From NCBI RefSeq assembly GCF_902713615.1, contig NC_052152.1, positions 65,568,818 through 65,632,817 of the forward strand: a stretch of DNA of 64,000 bases, given 5' to 3'. The translations under genes were made by a program, and so were the position numbers. The notes beneath the pieces were generated by a model that did not search any database, was not told the origin of the DNA, and saw nothing but the letters and a program-made list of their open reading frames with translations. Below, piece by piece: positions 46,036 through 59,201 of this stretch. The stretch comes from Scyliorhinus canicula. Taxonomy: Eukaryota. How positions within the stretch are numbered: the stretch's first letter is position 1; every line of letters starts with the position of its first letter.

Positions 46036-47085
46036 TGTCATGTGAGAGTACCTTTAAGAAATGGGTGTTTAAGAAATGTACCTTTAAGAAATGGGTGTTT
46101 AAGAAATGTACCTTTATGAAATGAGTGTGTATCAGTGATGTCAGAGTGTGGGTGGAGCTGGGCTCTCCGTCAGCTGTTTACTTTTGTTTTAGGCTGTTTG
46201 CTGCAGGGTGCATTTTAGTTTCGTTTTCAGAGCTGGATAGCTGCAGTCACAGCCAGAAGGTGTATGAGTCTCTCTCTCTGTAATCTAAAAAGTGTAAATT
46301 GATCCTTTGATGTTTTAAAACTAATAACTGCTCTCAGTAGTGACTTTAACCTGATGTGCTTCCCTTACAGGTTAAGTTTTTAAGTTTTATGGTTGTTAAA
46401 AGGAAAGCTTAAAGGATTACTTAGTGTTGTAGTCTTTGGGAGTTGTATTTGAATTAATAGTTGCTACATAGAACATAGAACATAGAACAGTACAGCACAG
46501 AACAGGCCCTTCGGCCCTCGATGTTGTGCCGAGCAATGATCACCCTACTCAAACCCACGTATCCACCCTATACCCGTAACCCAACAAACCCCCCAACCTT
46601 ACTTTTTTAAGGACACTACGGGCAATTTAGCATGGCCAATCCACCTAACCCACACATCTTTGGACTGTGGGAGGAAACCGGAGCACCCGGAGGAAACCCA
46701 CGCACACACGGGGAGGACGTGCAGACTCCGCACAGACAGTGACCTAGCCGGGAACTGAACCTGGGACCCTGGAGCTGTGAAGCATTTATGCTAACCACCA
46801 TGCTACCGTGCTGCCCCGTGCTACGATGTTCATGTCAGTGTTGGAAGTGTCTGTTCATCTCTCAAGTCTACACTAGCCAACACTTCAGTTCACTGTAATT
46901 TTTAAAAAGATTAACTTGAGTTCATAGAATAAACATTGTTTTGCTTTAAAAAATACTTTTCCATTTCTGCTGTACCACACCTGTAGAGTGGGCTGTGTGC
47001 TCCCCATACCACAATCTATCAAAAGTTGTGGGTCAGGTGAACTCCATGATACACTTTGGGATTCTCTAAACCCTGGCCCATAACA
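46036..47085 (+). mobile_element. Solo LTR, family B (with V-SINE insertion)
   Basis: tgtcatg...cataaca; 4-bp TSD ctca/ctta; internal ~28-bp tandem duplication (tacctttaagaaatgggtgtttaagaaatg). Confidence 0.85.
46467..46816 (-). mobile_element. HE1-like V-SINE with (TTCTATG)n tail
   Basis: catagaa x3 at the left end; tgcta flanks. Confidence 0.9.
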
Positions 47086-47094
47086 CTTAACACA

Positions 47095-49010
47095 CAATTT
47101 TTAACCTGGATGCAACAGATTCCAGTTTATCCCCCTATGTAGCAATCTCTGAAAGGATTGAATTAATGTATTTAAAATAAAATATTTACAGGCAACTGGA
47201 TCGTTCAGCACACCATGATTACTAAACAGTTCTATAAGTAAGAGTAGGTAAAAGATTTGGGGAGGTATTCCTGGCCAGAAAACAACATCCCTCATTATGA
47301 ATAATTTATTCCAATATTCCATTCTGCTCCGCAATGATTACATGCACTCATGCATTTCTGCATTTTCCAGGCGTCCTGCCCAATCATGCAATCCAAAGTA
47401 CATTTTGGGGTTCAATAACTGAAACATTTGCCTAATTGTCTGCCATAACTTTGCCATAAGGTATGCCAGAACTTTGTCATAAGATCGACATATATCCAGG
47501 AAGAACAATATAAACACCATTTGCATCACCTTCCTACTGAAGTTACAGTGGGTGATTGGGAAACCTCCCTGGAATCTAATATTTATTTCTAGTATCTATG
47601 CATTGGCACCAGGTTTTGGTTTCCATCCTGAGTCACCAGCTACATCTGAAAGTTGATCTCAAGTCCCATATTATCCAAGGTGTACCTTTATTTGCCTAGT
47701 AGCAAATCATGTGAGGCCAAAAAATTGTATTGGGCAACCTTTGCGCTGTATACTGCAACCAGCATATATTAGATGCTACTACATGAATTCATCTTTCACT
47801 CTCTCTCTCAAAAAATACACTGAAAAGCACAACACGAGGCCATGGGCTTGACCCAATAATGGGGTTTATTTACACAAATTGGATGAACAAATATTACAAT
47901 TTAACAAAGGTATTACAGTTAGTTTTTATAAATCCAGCCAGGAAAAGAAGAATGAAAAATTGTATTTTTTAAAATACTCCTCATAACCCGACCAAAATAT
48001 ATCACTTAACATTCTTCTACGTTAAAGTTAATCTGCCATGTGTCTGCCCATTTCATTGATCTGTCTATGTTTCCTTACAGTCTGCTACTATTCCCCTCAT
48101 TGTTTACTACATTTCCAAGTCCTGCATCTTTTGCAAAATTTGAAACAATGTCCTCTTTTCCCAAGTTCATGCCACTAATATCTATCAAAAAGAACAGTGG
48201 TTCTAATACCAACATCTGGGGACTAACACTGTACACATTCCCTCCCAATCTGAAAAACATCCATTCCCCACTACTTTCTGCTTTTTGTCCTTTAACAAAT
48301 GTCTTTAATTGCCTCTCATTCCTTTTTTAAAAAAGATCTCAACAGTACTTTTCATGTTCAACCTGATTCTCGATTATGTTTGGAGCCTAACATTTGTCAC
48401 ATGTTCCTTTGTGTCTCCCATTTTATTTCTATAGCGAGATTCAACGGCCTCGTCCCGACCACGTCGGGTATGATGAGGCCACTGAATCACACCCAGGGTT
48501 TCTGTGACAGATTTAGTGAAGTCTGGAGAAAGGAATGGTAGCAGTTTTGAGGAAATTCCCAGCCTGTGCAATTTCAGAGAAGACCATTGATTATTAAGTT
48601 AGGAAAATAGATGTTGGATGAAATTGAATTGGCAGCAGTGTGAAGTGATGCATCTTTGAAGGAAGAATATGGATTATAATAGGAAGGAAAGAAAGAAACG
48701 AATGTACTAAATGCTAAAACTGTAAAGGAATTCAAAGAGCAGATAGACAAATCTATAAAAGTGGGAAGGCAAATTGGTAATAATGAAAAAAAGCAAACAT
48801 TTGGCACCCTAGTTTTTATAAATAAGGACACAGAGGAACACGGGGAAAGTGGTAACACGGAATGTATATGAATCATTGATTAAGTTACAGTTTGAATATT
48901 CAGATTTGGGTGCCCTTTGGCTCCACCATGACAATTCATTCTGATGACACCAGGGTTGTGAGACTAGAGACAATGGGGCTCTTCGAATTATTGGCGGGAA
49001 GGTAAAAAGC
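47095..49010. mobile_element. Cluster of old CR1 fragments in both orientations
   Basis: FLDICRSYDKV (47338 ORF), PQMLVLEPLFFLIDI...FAKDAGLG (48075 ORF) and plus-strand 3' remnants. Confidence 0.6.
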
Positions 49011-49016
49011 TGAAAA

Positions 49017-49183
49017 AATGAAAATCACTTATTGTCATGAGTAGGTATCAATTAAGTTACTGTGAAAAGCCCCTAGTCACCACATCCCGGCACCTGTTCG
49101 GGGAGGCTGGTATGGGAATTGAACTGTGCTGCTGGCGTGACTTGGTCTGCTTTAAAAGCCAGCGATTGAGCCCAGTGTGCTAA
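49017..49183 (-). mobile_element. SINE family 2
   Basis: Reverse complement of the family-2 head and tail. Confidence 0.85.
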
Positions 49184-49445
49184 CTTGATAGGTACTCAAA
49201 AGTCTGAAGAGTCTTTATGGTGTAAATAAGGAAAAATGATATCCACTGATTAGTGATTTGGTAACTAGAGGGCAGAAAGTAAGATGATCACCAAGAGAAA
49301 CATTGATTTTTTGATGCAGGGCTGTTAGAAAGTGACGTTCTCTACTTGTGATAGAAACAAGATACATATTAGCTTTTGAACGGAAAGTGAACATTTTCTT
49401 AGAGTAACAAAAATGGGAAGAGAACAATGAAATGAAAAAGAGTGA

Positions 49446-50395
49446 GGGCGCGATTCACCCAAAAAAATGACTAAGTGCCATTTTGGGTGTGTTTCATTTC
49501 CAGCCAAATGTTTGGGTATGATCCAGATCGGTATTCACCAACACTTAGTCATTTTTTTGGAGCTTATGAAAATTCTCACTGAATCATCCCACACTATAAT
49601 TTTTCCTGCATTGGGGAATTAAAGGTGCCGGCAAGACCGGCTCCTCAGAGATAGGGAGGGTCCCCCCCCCCGACCACAGACATTGTGACCCCCTGCAGGT
49701 ATGGGCAATACCCCACCATCAGTCCCGGAGGGGCAACCTCCCTGCATCATCCACATCACCACGCCCACCCCCACATGACCCAGGGATATCGATGACCCGG
49801 CCCCCTCATCATCCATCCTCATTGGCATTGCTTCCCCCTCCCCAAGTGAGCATACCCAACTATGGGGTCACTGAGGGCCCTCCTCACCTTTAAGGCCACC
49901 CGCCTTTCACTCCCCCCCCCTTCAGGCCCCTCCTTCACCTCCCCACCCTTCATAACCCCCCTCCCCCTTTTATACATATCTTCACCAACAATCCGGTGAA
50001 TACTGGGAACAAGGAGACTGTTCGAACAGATACACATATTTAAATTAAATGAAATGAAAATCGCTTATTGTCACAAGTAGGCTTCAAATGAGGTTACTGT
50101 GGAAAGCCCCTAGTCGCCTCATTCGGCGCCTGTTCGGGAAGACTGGTACGGGAATTGAACCGTGCTGCTGGCCTGCCTCGGTTTGCTTTCAAAGCCAGCG
50201 ATTTAGCCCTGTGCTAAACCAGCCCCTTTTTAATCGTTCATTTAAGTGTGCTGATCTAGGTCACAAACAGCGAGGGTGTGATCCAAATCACCATCGGCAT
50301 AGCGGGTTGGGTGCATTCTGCTCGACTCGGCGCGAAACACATTTTTGGCCTCTCCTGCTATTCGTTGGGAATAATGCAGTGGGAAAATCGTGCCC
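49446..50395. mobile_element. Harbinger-type MITE containing a family-2 SINE (~50045-50225, minus)
   Basis: TIR gggcgcgatt / aatcgtgccc; perfect TGA TSD. Confidence 0.8.
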
Positions 50396-50718
50396 TGAAT
50401 CACTCTTTCTGTAGCCAAACACATGCATGATGGACCAAATGGATTTAATTCTTGTCAGTAGCTAATTAAGAATATTACTGCTTGTAAACACTTAAAATGG
50501 GTAAGGACTGTCTATAAAAGTGCAAGCCAAGTTTCATATTTGTGTGCCAAAGTTGCTCAATTTGCATTCTTGACAATTATGCCAGGAACTGGTTCACCGC
50601 TAACCTCTGGATTACAGAAAGTCACATCAGCTACAGACAAATAATCAGCGGTGGTACCTCCAGGAGTATATCTCAGGCTGCCAGATCAGGCTGGAAAATG
50701 TAGCCTTGGCGCCTGAGA

Positions 50719-50724
50719 TTTATT
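50719..50724 (-). terminator. Candidate AATAAA polyadenylation signal for gene 2
   Basis: First tttatt I noticed on + strand below the stop codon (about 400 nt of 3'UTR); position only. Confidence 0.25.
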
Positions 50725-51123
50725 TTTCCTGCCCCCAAAAGACACTTAAATATGTCCACTGCAGCCCCTATGGAAGAAGTTGCTATGTTTCCATCTTCGT
50801 GCAATACTGGCTTCCAAAGAGGCGCTATGTTCCTGAGAGACCAGAGGTTAGGGAACAAGTGCATGAAATGCCCACCTTCTCAGTGCTGGTACCTTCGTTT
50901 GGAGTGAATAGAAGCTCCACCCTGAACAAAGGCTCTCTGAATTTCTGATGTTAGGCAAGACTAGGCATACCTAAGTCCTGATTGAGTTTGCAGGCTTTGC
51001 AACACATTCTCACCAGACTTACAGCAGGAAAATGTAGACAGTGTCAAGGATTTACCGATCAAGAGATTAAAAAAAAACATTATTTGACATAACTGACATA
51101 ATTATATTTTTACATGTCTTTGT

Positions 51124-51206
51124 TCAGACTTCTTGCGGCACTCTCCCCATATTTTCATAGACGTCCTCACTTTCATTATGGGATTGTTTTTCCTTGGCTC
51201 CTTTAC
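51124..51206 (-). CDS. Terminal coding exon of gene 2 with YENM motif
   Basis: Acceptor cattttgttatctcaacAG at 51208/51207. Phase-1 reading (G)KGAKEKQSHNESEDVYENMGRVPQEV* is in frame with the TM exon; the acidic context before Tyr is typical of phospho-tyrosine docking sites. Confidence 0.65.
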
Positions 51207-51621
51207 CTGTTGAGATAACAAAATGTATAATTATGGTGAATGTTTCTTCAAGAAATGGGGGTAAATCATGTTTACATACAATTTCACACTGAACTTGGAT
51301 TTTATGGTGTGATGTGCGTTTTCCACATGACAACATGCTTCAGAATATTGATTTGTAGCCATATTGCTTTAGCACAAAGCAGTAAGACTCATATTAAATT
51401 TATTTTTCCCTATTATTATGTGATTGTTTTTGATTCTCCTTCTCCAAAACTTTCCCTACTCTCAGATTAAAGGGTGAACAGGGTCTTTGGAAACTGCAAT
51501 GATTCAATAGTGATCTTAAAAGCATCCTGCACAGACACCCCCAGTTACTAAACAAAAGGACAACTGATCAAAAACATTTAAAATGGCACTTTCTAATAAA
51601 GCCTTTGATGGTAAAGCTATG

Positions 51622-52269
51622 GGGCTGGATTCTCCGATTCTGAGGCTATGTCCCCACGCCGGCGTGGGACTGGTGGCGATTTACGCTAGGAGAATTGGCG
51701 CAAAACGGCTGCCTATTCCCCGTTTTGCTGGTGGCTATTAGGAAGGCAGCGTAGAGCACCTGGCTGTCGCTGCCGACACGCCCCAGAGAATTGCCGGCTT
51801 CATGGCCGCACATTCGCACGACGGCGGACTGCAACGGCCAGGCCATGCTTCATGGCGGATGCAGCCCACGGACCCAGGTCCGTGAAATAGTCCCCCCTTT
51901 GGCCGGCTTGCACACCCAGGACCACCCCCCCCCCCAGCCCCGAATAATGCCCCCCTGCCCACGGATCGGCCCTCCCCCGACAATGGCAGCGCTGGACTGA
52001 GTCCACAGCCACCGCGCCGAGTTCTCGACGGATGAGACCGCACGTGACCCACGTCATCGGGAACTCGGCCAGTCGGGGGCAGAGCATCGGGGGGGGGGGG
52101 GGGGGGCAGACCTCAGGCAATGTCCTGAGGCCATCAACACATGGCGTGCTGGCTTTGGAAGGGGCGGAGCATCGCGAAAGCAGTGCCGCCCCCGATTTGG
52201 TCGAAAACTTGGATTTTCCGGCTGTTCTCCGAACGCGATTTCAGTGTCGGCGACCGGAGAATCCAGCCC
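51622..52269. mobile_element. Harbinger-type MITE in the last intron of gene 2
   Basis: Perfect TIR gggctggattctcc / ggagaatccagccc; flanks atg/att. Confidence 0.88.
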
Positions 52270-53509
52270 ATTATTATTATGAACTCAGCACATGGCAAAC
52301 CCAGAGGCAAACTCCAGATGATGTGCACTGGGAGCCCTGGGAAATAGACATACACTTGATCCTGGTCTCCTGAAGACATAAGTCTGTAATACTACCAGGT
52401 TGGTAGACATAAGGTAACAGCAATCAACTTCTAGAAGAAGCACTCATGTGAGGAAGCGGCTGCCACTGCTCAATTTAAGTAGAGCCAAATTCATGACCTA
52501 GATTCAAATGATGGAAGCCCTGTAATAGTAGATATGGTCAGCCTACCTTCCTGCTGTAGAGAACCAGAATCAGTTTATTTGACCATTCCTCCTTAATAGC
52601 AATGCATTTTGTCTCTGAGAACAAATACTGATTTCCTTTTTATTCCCTATTTTAAGTTGTGTGTTTAAATTCAGCCCAATGTCTCAGTTTGATCCTGCTA
52701 TTCTACGCATTACCACTTTCACTTTGATATGAAAAGGTTTCTGATGCGCCTCAAAATGAAAATAGTGGTATGTAACATGGAAGTCAGTTCCTGATCTGAC
52801 GCCTGAGACCAATGAGGTTTGGAGGCGTGAGAAACTGTCTGGCAGGAACTCTCACACCAATTAAAGTTCACAGCAAGTATTGCATGTCTGTGACTTACTG
52901 CGATGTTACATTTGAAGAATATGCAGACATTACTTAAACACAGTGCACTCCTAACATTAAAAATGAGCATCCAAGCATGCGTAAGCAAAACTCCGGATGA
53001 ACAATTGTAACTGGGGTTGATAGCTGTCCACTACATTACACAAATACTGGTTTAAGATCAACACAGGCTGTAATTAAATATTTCTAATTACATTTTTCCA
53101 ATCAAGTTCTGTCACACCAGCCTCTCTAAAGCTAGTTTGCCCTCTTTCTCCCCATTTGCATTTAAAATTTTCATTGAGATTATAGCATAACCTGAAATTG
53201 TGCTACTTTGAAATCTACATTGAACAAATTTCATACCATGAAAGCAACAGAACTACAATTGCCAACAATAGATGCTTTGAAATGATCATTAAAATTTTCT
53301 TTTCAGAACTTCTATTTTTCTAAATGGCTGGGGGAAAAAATGAATTGCATCACTGGTCTGTATGGGTAATCAAATATGATAGCAGCATTTGATTTTGCCC
53401 AGGAAGGTACAAGAGAATCACCCTCTCACACAGACTGCTTTTATATTACAGCACGGCTACTGAAGTCAATAAATCATTGCCAAAGCCAATGTAATTTTCT
53501 TCCATTTAC

Positions 53510-53543
53510 TTGTCAATTAGCCCTTCGTAGCCATTAGAAATCT
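53510..53543 (-). CDS. Candidate 34-nt cytoplasmic cassette exon of gene 2 (EISNGYEGLID-K)
   Basis: Acceptor ccattcttttcctgtAG at 53545/53544 and donor AA|GTAAAT at 53509. Only the phase-1 frame is open and it encodes a YxxL motif. It ends in phase 2, so it shifts the frame relative to the terminal exon. Confidence 0.4.
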
Positions 53544-53616
53544 CTACAGGAAAAGAATGGCTTGTATTTTCCCAGATAATGGAGAAGATTTTAATATTTT
53601 GACCTGCTGGGAGTGA

Positions 53617-54223
53617 GGGGGCGGGGTTCTCCGTTTGCTGATGGCAAAATCGGGAAAGGCGATTGGGCGGTGCATCGGTTTTGATGCCGAAATCATGGCG
53701 GGCACCGGATTCAGGCCTAATTGTAATTCTCCGGTACCTCGACAGCGGGGTCAATGTGTTCCACTCCGCATGTTAGGTAAATGGCATTGGGATATCATTC
53801 GTGGACCTGACCCGGTATTCTCCAGGGTCTCCGCGACTCTCCGCCTCTACCGAGGCGAATTCCTGATGGCGAGGGTCACTTGTGTTTTCAAAAATTGGTG
53901 GCGTGGCTTGATGTGGATGGTGACTGGAATGCACCCACCCGAACAGGATGGGTGCATTCCAGTGCAACAAATGCCACCTTGTTGGCTGGATGAATGTGTG
54001 TGGGGAGTGAAGTGTGTATATTCACAGCTTGTCAGCCTCGCTTATGTCAATCATGGACCCAGTGAATCAGGCACCGTTTTTCATTGGAATCAATCGTGTT
54101 CCACGTGGCCCGGTGCTAGCCCCTCAACGGTCGCTGAATCGGTCAAGGTAAGGCGCCAGTTTTCCTGTCGTAGAAGTTCACGAATCCTGCCCTTGCAACA
54201 ACACTCAGGAACGGAGAATCCAG
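53617..54223. mobile_element. Harbinger-type MITE
   Basis: ggggcggggttctcc ... ggagaatccag; tga flanks; homologous to 57747-58922. Confidence 0.75.
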
Positions 54224-54619
54224 TGAGGGTGTCTGGTCCCACACGGGAAACCCACCGGTCCAGGTTTTTCCACATGTGGAATTTTTCAGCCTCAGACAAC
54301 ATTGACAGGTACCTTTCTCAGATGCCAGGCTTTGCTTTCAGTAGGGCAGAGAATGCTGGAGGGGGAAGCCTCAGCACCAGGTAGGTCTAGAGGTCTTAGG
54401 GATCAGAGGCTAGGCGGAGATTGGATTGGAGACCCACAGTGTGTGTCGAGGGGTGGATCAGAGAAGGAGAGTGGTGGGGCAATGGGGAAAATCTTGGGCA
54501 CTGAGGATTACATTTGAAATGGTGGGTATATATGACGCATGCACATAATAATATTTAAATTGCCAACCTGTCTCCTGGGATGGAGTTGGCCACTTGCATA
54601 ACCCAATCCCGGCTCTGGT

Positions 54620-55435
54620 GAAACCAGAAATGAAAAGAAAGATTGCATTTCAAAGGCCAATTAGGGATGGACAGTAAATGCAGGTCTAGCCAGTGTATAT
54701 CCCGAAAATGAATTTTAAAAAATTAAATCATGCCTTTCACAACCACAGGATGTGTTCAAACTCTTTACAGCAAATGGAGTATTTTTGAAGTATAGTCACT
54801 ATTATAATGAAGGAAACTCAGCAGCCAATTTATACACAGCAATGATCAGATAATCTGTTTTTGTGATAGAAACATAGAACATTGGAGCAGGAGGAGGCCA
54901 TTTGGCCCTTCAAGCCTTCTCCGCCATTTATCACGCTCATGGCCTGATCCAACTCAATTGCCTGATCCTGCTTTGATGTATTCTCATGTATTTTCTTGAA
55001 TTTTGTTTAATTCCCTTTTCTTCCATGTACTGAATGATCTGTTGAGCTGCTTGCAGAAAAATACTTTTCACTGTACCTCGGTACACGTGACAATAAACAA
55101 ATCCAATCCAATCCAATCCAAAGTGCTGTATCTAGCCGCCTCTTGAATGTATTCAATATGTTAATGATGTTATCATGTTATGATGTTAATTCTGGAATAA
55201 ATAGTGCCCAGTTCAGTCAGATAATCTCCTTTGCTCTTCTTCGATATAGTGACATGGAATCTATTATGTCTACCTGTTAGATCAGGCAGGGCATTGGTTT
55301 AATGGCTTGTCTGAAAGACAATGCCACACTTGTTTAGTAATGCACTGGCTTGCTGTGTCAAAGATTCTGGAATGGTTCTTGAACCCACAACATTTTGACT
55401 AAGTACCAAGTACGAACAACTGAATCACAGCTGAG
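54620..55435 (-). mobile_element. Old Deu-domain SINE interrupted by a LINE tail (~54655-54720) and a CR1 piece (~54868-55160) containing an L2-like tail with (CCAAT)n
   Basis: Reverse complement core ...gtctttcagacaagccattaaacc...caggtagacataatagattccatgtcactatatcgaagaagagc. Confidence 0.6.
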
Positions 55436-55794
55436 AGTGGCAGAGAAATGGGCGGGTTGGCAGAAGGTTGGACTCAGATTCAGATTTTTAACACTTTAAC
55501 CTATAACCCCAACCCACCAACCTTTTGAGGTTAAGATCCCTCCCAATGTGCCTGAATATATATGTATGATTTTGAAATTATATACTGCAATCCTTGAAAT
55601 TTTAGAATATATTATTTCTTTGTAAATAATTACGTTGTGCTTACACATCATTTAAAATTAGCACTGAATATCAAATAGGTGTATGAATGATGGAAAGCCA
55701 TCAACCTGAAACATAACTATGTTACTCACTCCACATATGCTGCCTGACCCGCTGAATATTTCCAGCATTTTCCACTTTTATTTCAGTTTTCCAG

Positions 55795-56116
55795 TAGCAT
55801 GGTGGTTAGCATCAATGCTTCACAGCTCCAGTGGTCCCAGGTTCAATTCCCGGCTGGGTCACTGTCTGTGTGGAGTCTGCACGTCCTCCCCGTTTGTGCG
55901 TGGGTTTCCTCCGGGTGCTCCGGTTTCCTCCCACAGTCCAAAGATGTGCGGGTTAGGTGGATTGGCCATGATAAATTGCCCGTAGTGTAAGGTTAATGGG
56001 GGGATTGTTGGGTTACCGGGTATACGGGTTACGTGGGTTTAAGTAGGGTGATCATTGCTCGGCACAACACCGAGGGCCGAAGGGCCTGTTCTGTGCTGTA
56101 CTGTTCTATGTTCTAT
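55795..56116 (+). mobile_element. HE1-like V-SINE with (TTCTATG)n tail
   Basis: Same subfamily as 46467-46816. Confidence 0.9.
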
Positions 56117-56648
56117 CCTCAGTATTTTGCTTATATATATCAATTATCCTATCTAATGTATTTACCACAAAAAAAGGAGTATTTGTATGTATTCTGATGC
56201 TGTTTTACATTGGTTTACATGACATTTACAGGTGCAGACATTGATAGAATGAGTTATTGTGCACTCTCAGTATGAGTTGCTTACTGGGTTGACTTTTTAT
56301 GAAGCACGCCATCCTTTAAAGTCTATTACATTGTATGTCGTGTAAAGTAATTGCTATCGTCTTTCCATGTATGCACACTAGGTTACATATCTGTGTAATC
56401 AGCATTATGTAAAAAAATTGGCAAACAATAATGTTTGTGGTTTATCGGTCCACGAGATGTCTGTGGTTGTGGTCTATGATATGATCTGTATTTTCCAAAG
56501 CCATACAACAACCAGTTTTGTGAACAATACAGCAGTGAAAATGTGACTGCAAAGTTACACAAAATATTATTTGATGTATGATTATGCTTATTTATATTAT
56601 TATTCATTTGCAAAAGCACTTTAATACTTATGCAGGATTATTTAGTAT

Positions 56649-56992
56649 GGGTGGCACAGTGGTTAGCACTGCTGCCTTACAGCTCCAGGGGCCCGGGCTT
56701 GATTCCGCTCTTGGGTGACTATCTGTGTGAAGTTTTCAAATTCTCCCCGTGTCTCGTGGGTTTCCCCTGGGTGCTCCGGTTTCCTTCCACTTTCAAGGAT
56801 GTGCAGTTTAGGTGGATTGGTCATGCTAAAGTGCACCTTTGTGTCCAAAGGTGTATAGGTTAGGTTGATTGGCCATGATAAATGCACAGGTTTATAGGGA
56901 TAGGGCGAGGAAGTGGGCCTAGGTAGCGTGCTCTTTTGGTGGATTGGCACAGACTCAGTGGACCGAATGGGCTGCACTGTAGGGATTCTATG
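56649..56992 (+). mobile_element. HE1-like V-SINE
   Basis: Head gggtggcacagtggttagc, V-domain, tail ctgcactgtagggattctatg. Confidence 0.88.
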
Positions 56993-57254
56993 CATTTACA
57001 ATAATTACAATACTGATTTTTGTATGATGATAATTCTTAACTATGTTATTTCTATGGAACATTTCAGAAACATCCGTAACTTTTTAATTTCCATTTTTCA
57101 AAGCTGTTATCAGAGACGACTTACTGGGTGGTGAAAAAGTGTTGCAAGGATCCTCGGTGAGATGATATTGGGCAATCACTGCTTGAACCTACAATGATGC
57201 AAATCATTGAAGTGGCTGCCGAGTGTACTATCTACAAAATTCACTGCAGTAACT

Positions 57255-57560
57255 CACCAAGGTTCCTTGTCAGCACTTTCCAGACCCACGGCCACTACCA
57301 TTTACAAGAGCAGCAGACACCTGGGAACCCCACCACCTGAAGGTTCCCCTCCAAATCATTCATTAGCTTGACTTGGAAAAATATTGCCTTTCCTTCACCT
57401 CCTGGAACTCCCTTCCGAACAGCACAGTGGGTGTACCTACACCTCAAGTACAGCAGTGGTTCAAGAAGGCAACTCACCATCACCTTCTGAAGGGCAACTA
57501 GGGATGGGCAATAAATGATGGCCGAACCAGAGATGCCCACATCCGGTAAATGAATTTTAA
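57255..57560 (+). mobile_element. CR1/L2-group LINE 3' tail
   Basis: caccaccttctgaagggcaactagggatgggcaataaatg...aatgaattttaaaa. Confidence 0.8.
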
Positions 57561-57746
57561 AAATTCATGTAATCACCATTATCCTCTATTGGTAAAAAAA
57601 AATAACTATCAGGTACACAATAACTTAACTTTTCTTATACATCTAATCCTAATATGTGACCTCTTTAATTGTGTTTATTGCTTTGGTGCTTGATGTTTTA
57701 ATTAGTGATTTTGCCTCTCCAACTCCCTTTCCTCCTAAAAATACTT

Positions 57747-58922
57747 GGGCGGATTCTCCTTCAACTGACCCCTGAATCAAGAAACGTGATTGGATGGAGA
57801 ATCGATTTTGATGCCAAAATCATGGAGGGCGCCGGTTTCACGTCAAATCGCAATTCTCCGGACAGCGGCATCAATGCATTCCACTCCGCACATATAGTAA
57901 ACGCCATTAGCATATTATTAGCCTGACCAGGGATTCTCCGGGGCCTCTGCGATTCTTCATCTCCATTGGGGTGAATGGCAAGGTTCATAGAATTTACAGT
58001 GCAGAAGGAGGCCATTCGACCAATCACATCTGCACCGGTCCTTGGAAAGAGCAGCCTACTTAAGCCCACACCTCCACCCTGTCTCCGTAACCCAGTAACC
58101 CCATTTAATTTTTTTTGGACACAAAGGGCAATTTAGTATGGCCGATCCACCTAACCTGTACATCTTGGACTGTGGGAGGAAACCAGAGCACCCGGAGGAA
58201 ACCCACGTAGACACGGGGCGAACGTGCAGACTCCGCACAGACAGTGACCCAAGCCGGGAATCGAACCTGAGACCCTGGCGCTGTGAAGCAACTGTGCTAA
58301 CCACTGTGCTATCGTGCTTTTAAAAGTTATGAAATAGGCGCTGTGGCTGCTGAGGCAGGGGTGTTGGATGCAGAGTGTCTAACATCGTCATTGTTTATTG
58401 ACAGTTGTGCTGCTGGCTGGGGGCTCCTGTCAGGGCCGGAGGGGGTAGGAGGGGGCTGTGGGGTTGGGGTGGACGGGCATGTAACACATTGCCGCAGCCT
58501 CCAATGCAGCCATGTGGCTGCGTAAGCCACTGACTGCCTACTCTGAACCTTGGGCCACAGGCCGTATGGTTGCTCCCCCCCCCCCAGGCCACCCCCGGAT
58601 GCTCTCTGGCCCCATCCGACCCATCAACAGGATGGGCACGCTCCAGCGCAACCAGTGCCATCTTGTTGACTCGGATGAGTGTCTGTAGGGAGTGAAGTGT
58701 GTATATGCAGCTGTAGCTTGTCAGCCTCTTGAGTGTCAATCACGGGACTGGCGAATCCCGCGCCATATCTCATTGGAATCGATTGTGTTCCACGTGGTGC
58801 CGGTGCTAGCCCCTCAACGGTCACTAAATCGGTCCAGGTGCGATGCCAGTTTTGCTTTCATCAAAGTTCGCAAATCCTGCCCTGGTGTCAACACGTAGTG
58901 TCAGGAATGGAGAATCCCACCG
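57747..58922. mobile_element. Harbinger-type MITE containing a V-SINE (57986-58317, minus)
   Basis: TIR gggcggattctcc / ggagaatcccacc; homologous to 53617-54223. Confidence 0.8.
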
Positions 58923-59026
58923 CGTGTCTTTAATTCAGCTTTTCTTCACCTATCCTAGATTGGAATATAAATTCTCTGGGTTTGGATCTATTTTTAGCTA
59001 ATTATTTCTTATCATATAACTGCTCT

Positions 59027-59201
59027 GGGTCTGGTTTAGCACACTGGGCTAAATAGCTGGCTTTTAAAGCAGACCAAGGCAGGTCAGCAGCACGGTTCAA
59101 TTCCCTTACCAGCCTCCCTGAACAGGTGCCGGAATGTGGCACCTAGGGGCTTTTCACAGTAACTTCATTTGAAGCCTACTTATGACAATAAGCAATTTTC
59201 A
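59027..59201 (+). mobile_element. SINE family 2
   Basis: gggtctggtttagcacactgggctaaatagc...gacaataagcaattttca. Confidence 0.85.

Noticed and set aside
52544-52950. Extra candidate gene 2 exons (52-nt segment with a GTAAGT donor; 7-nt CAGGAAG microexon) that would restore frame after the YEGL exon
   Set aside because: Needs two further weakly supported exons encoding an implausible hydrophobic/Cys peptide; likely overfitting without RNA data.
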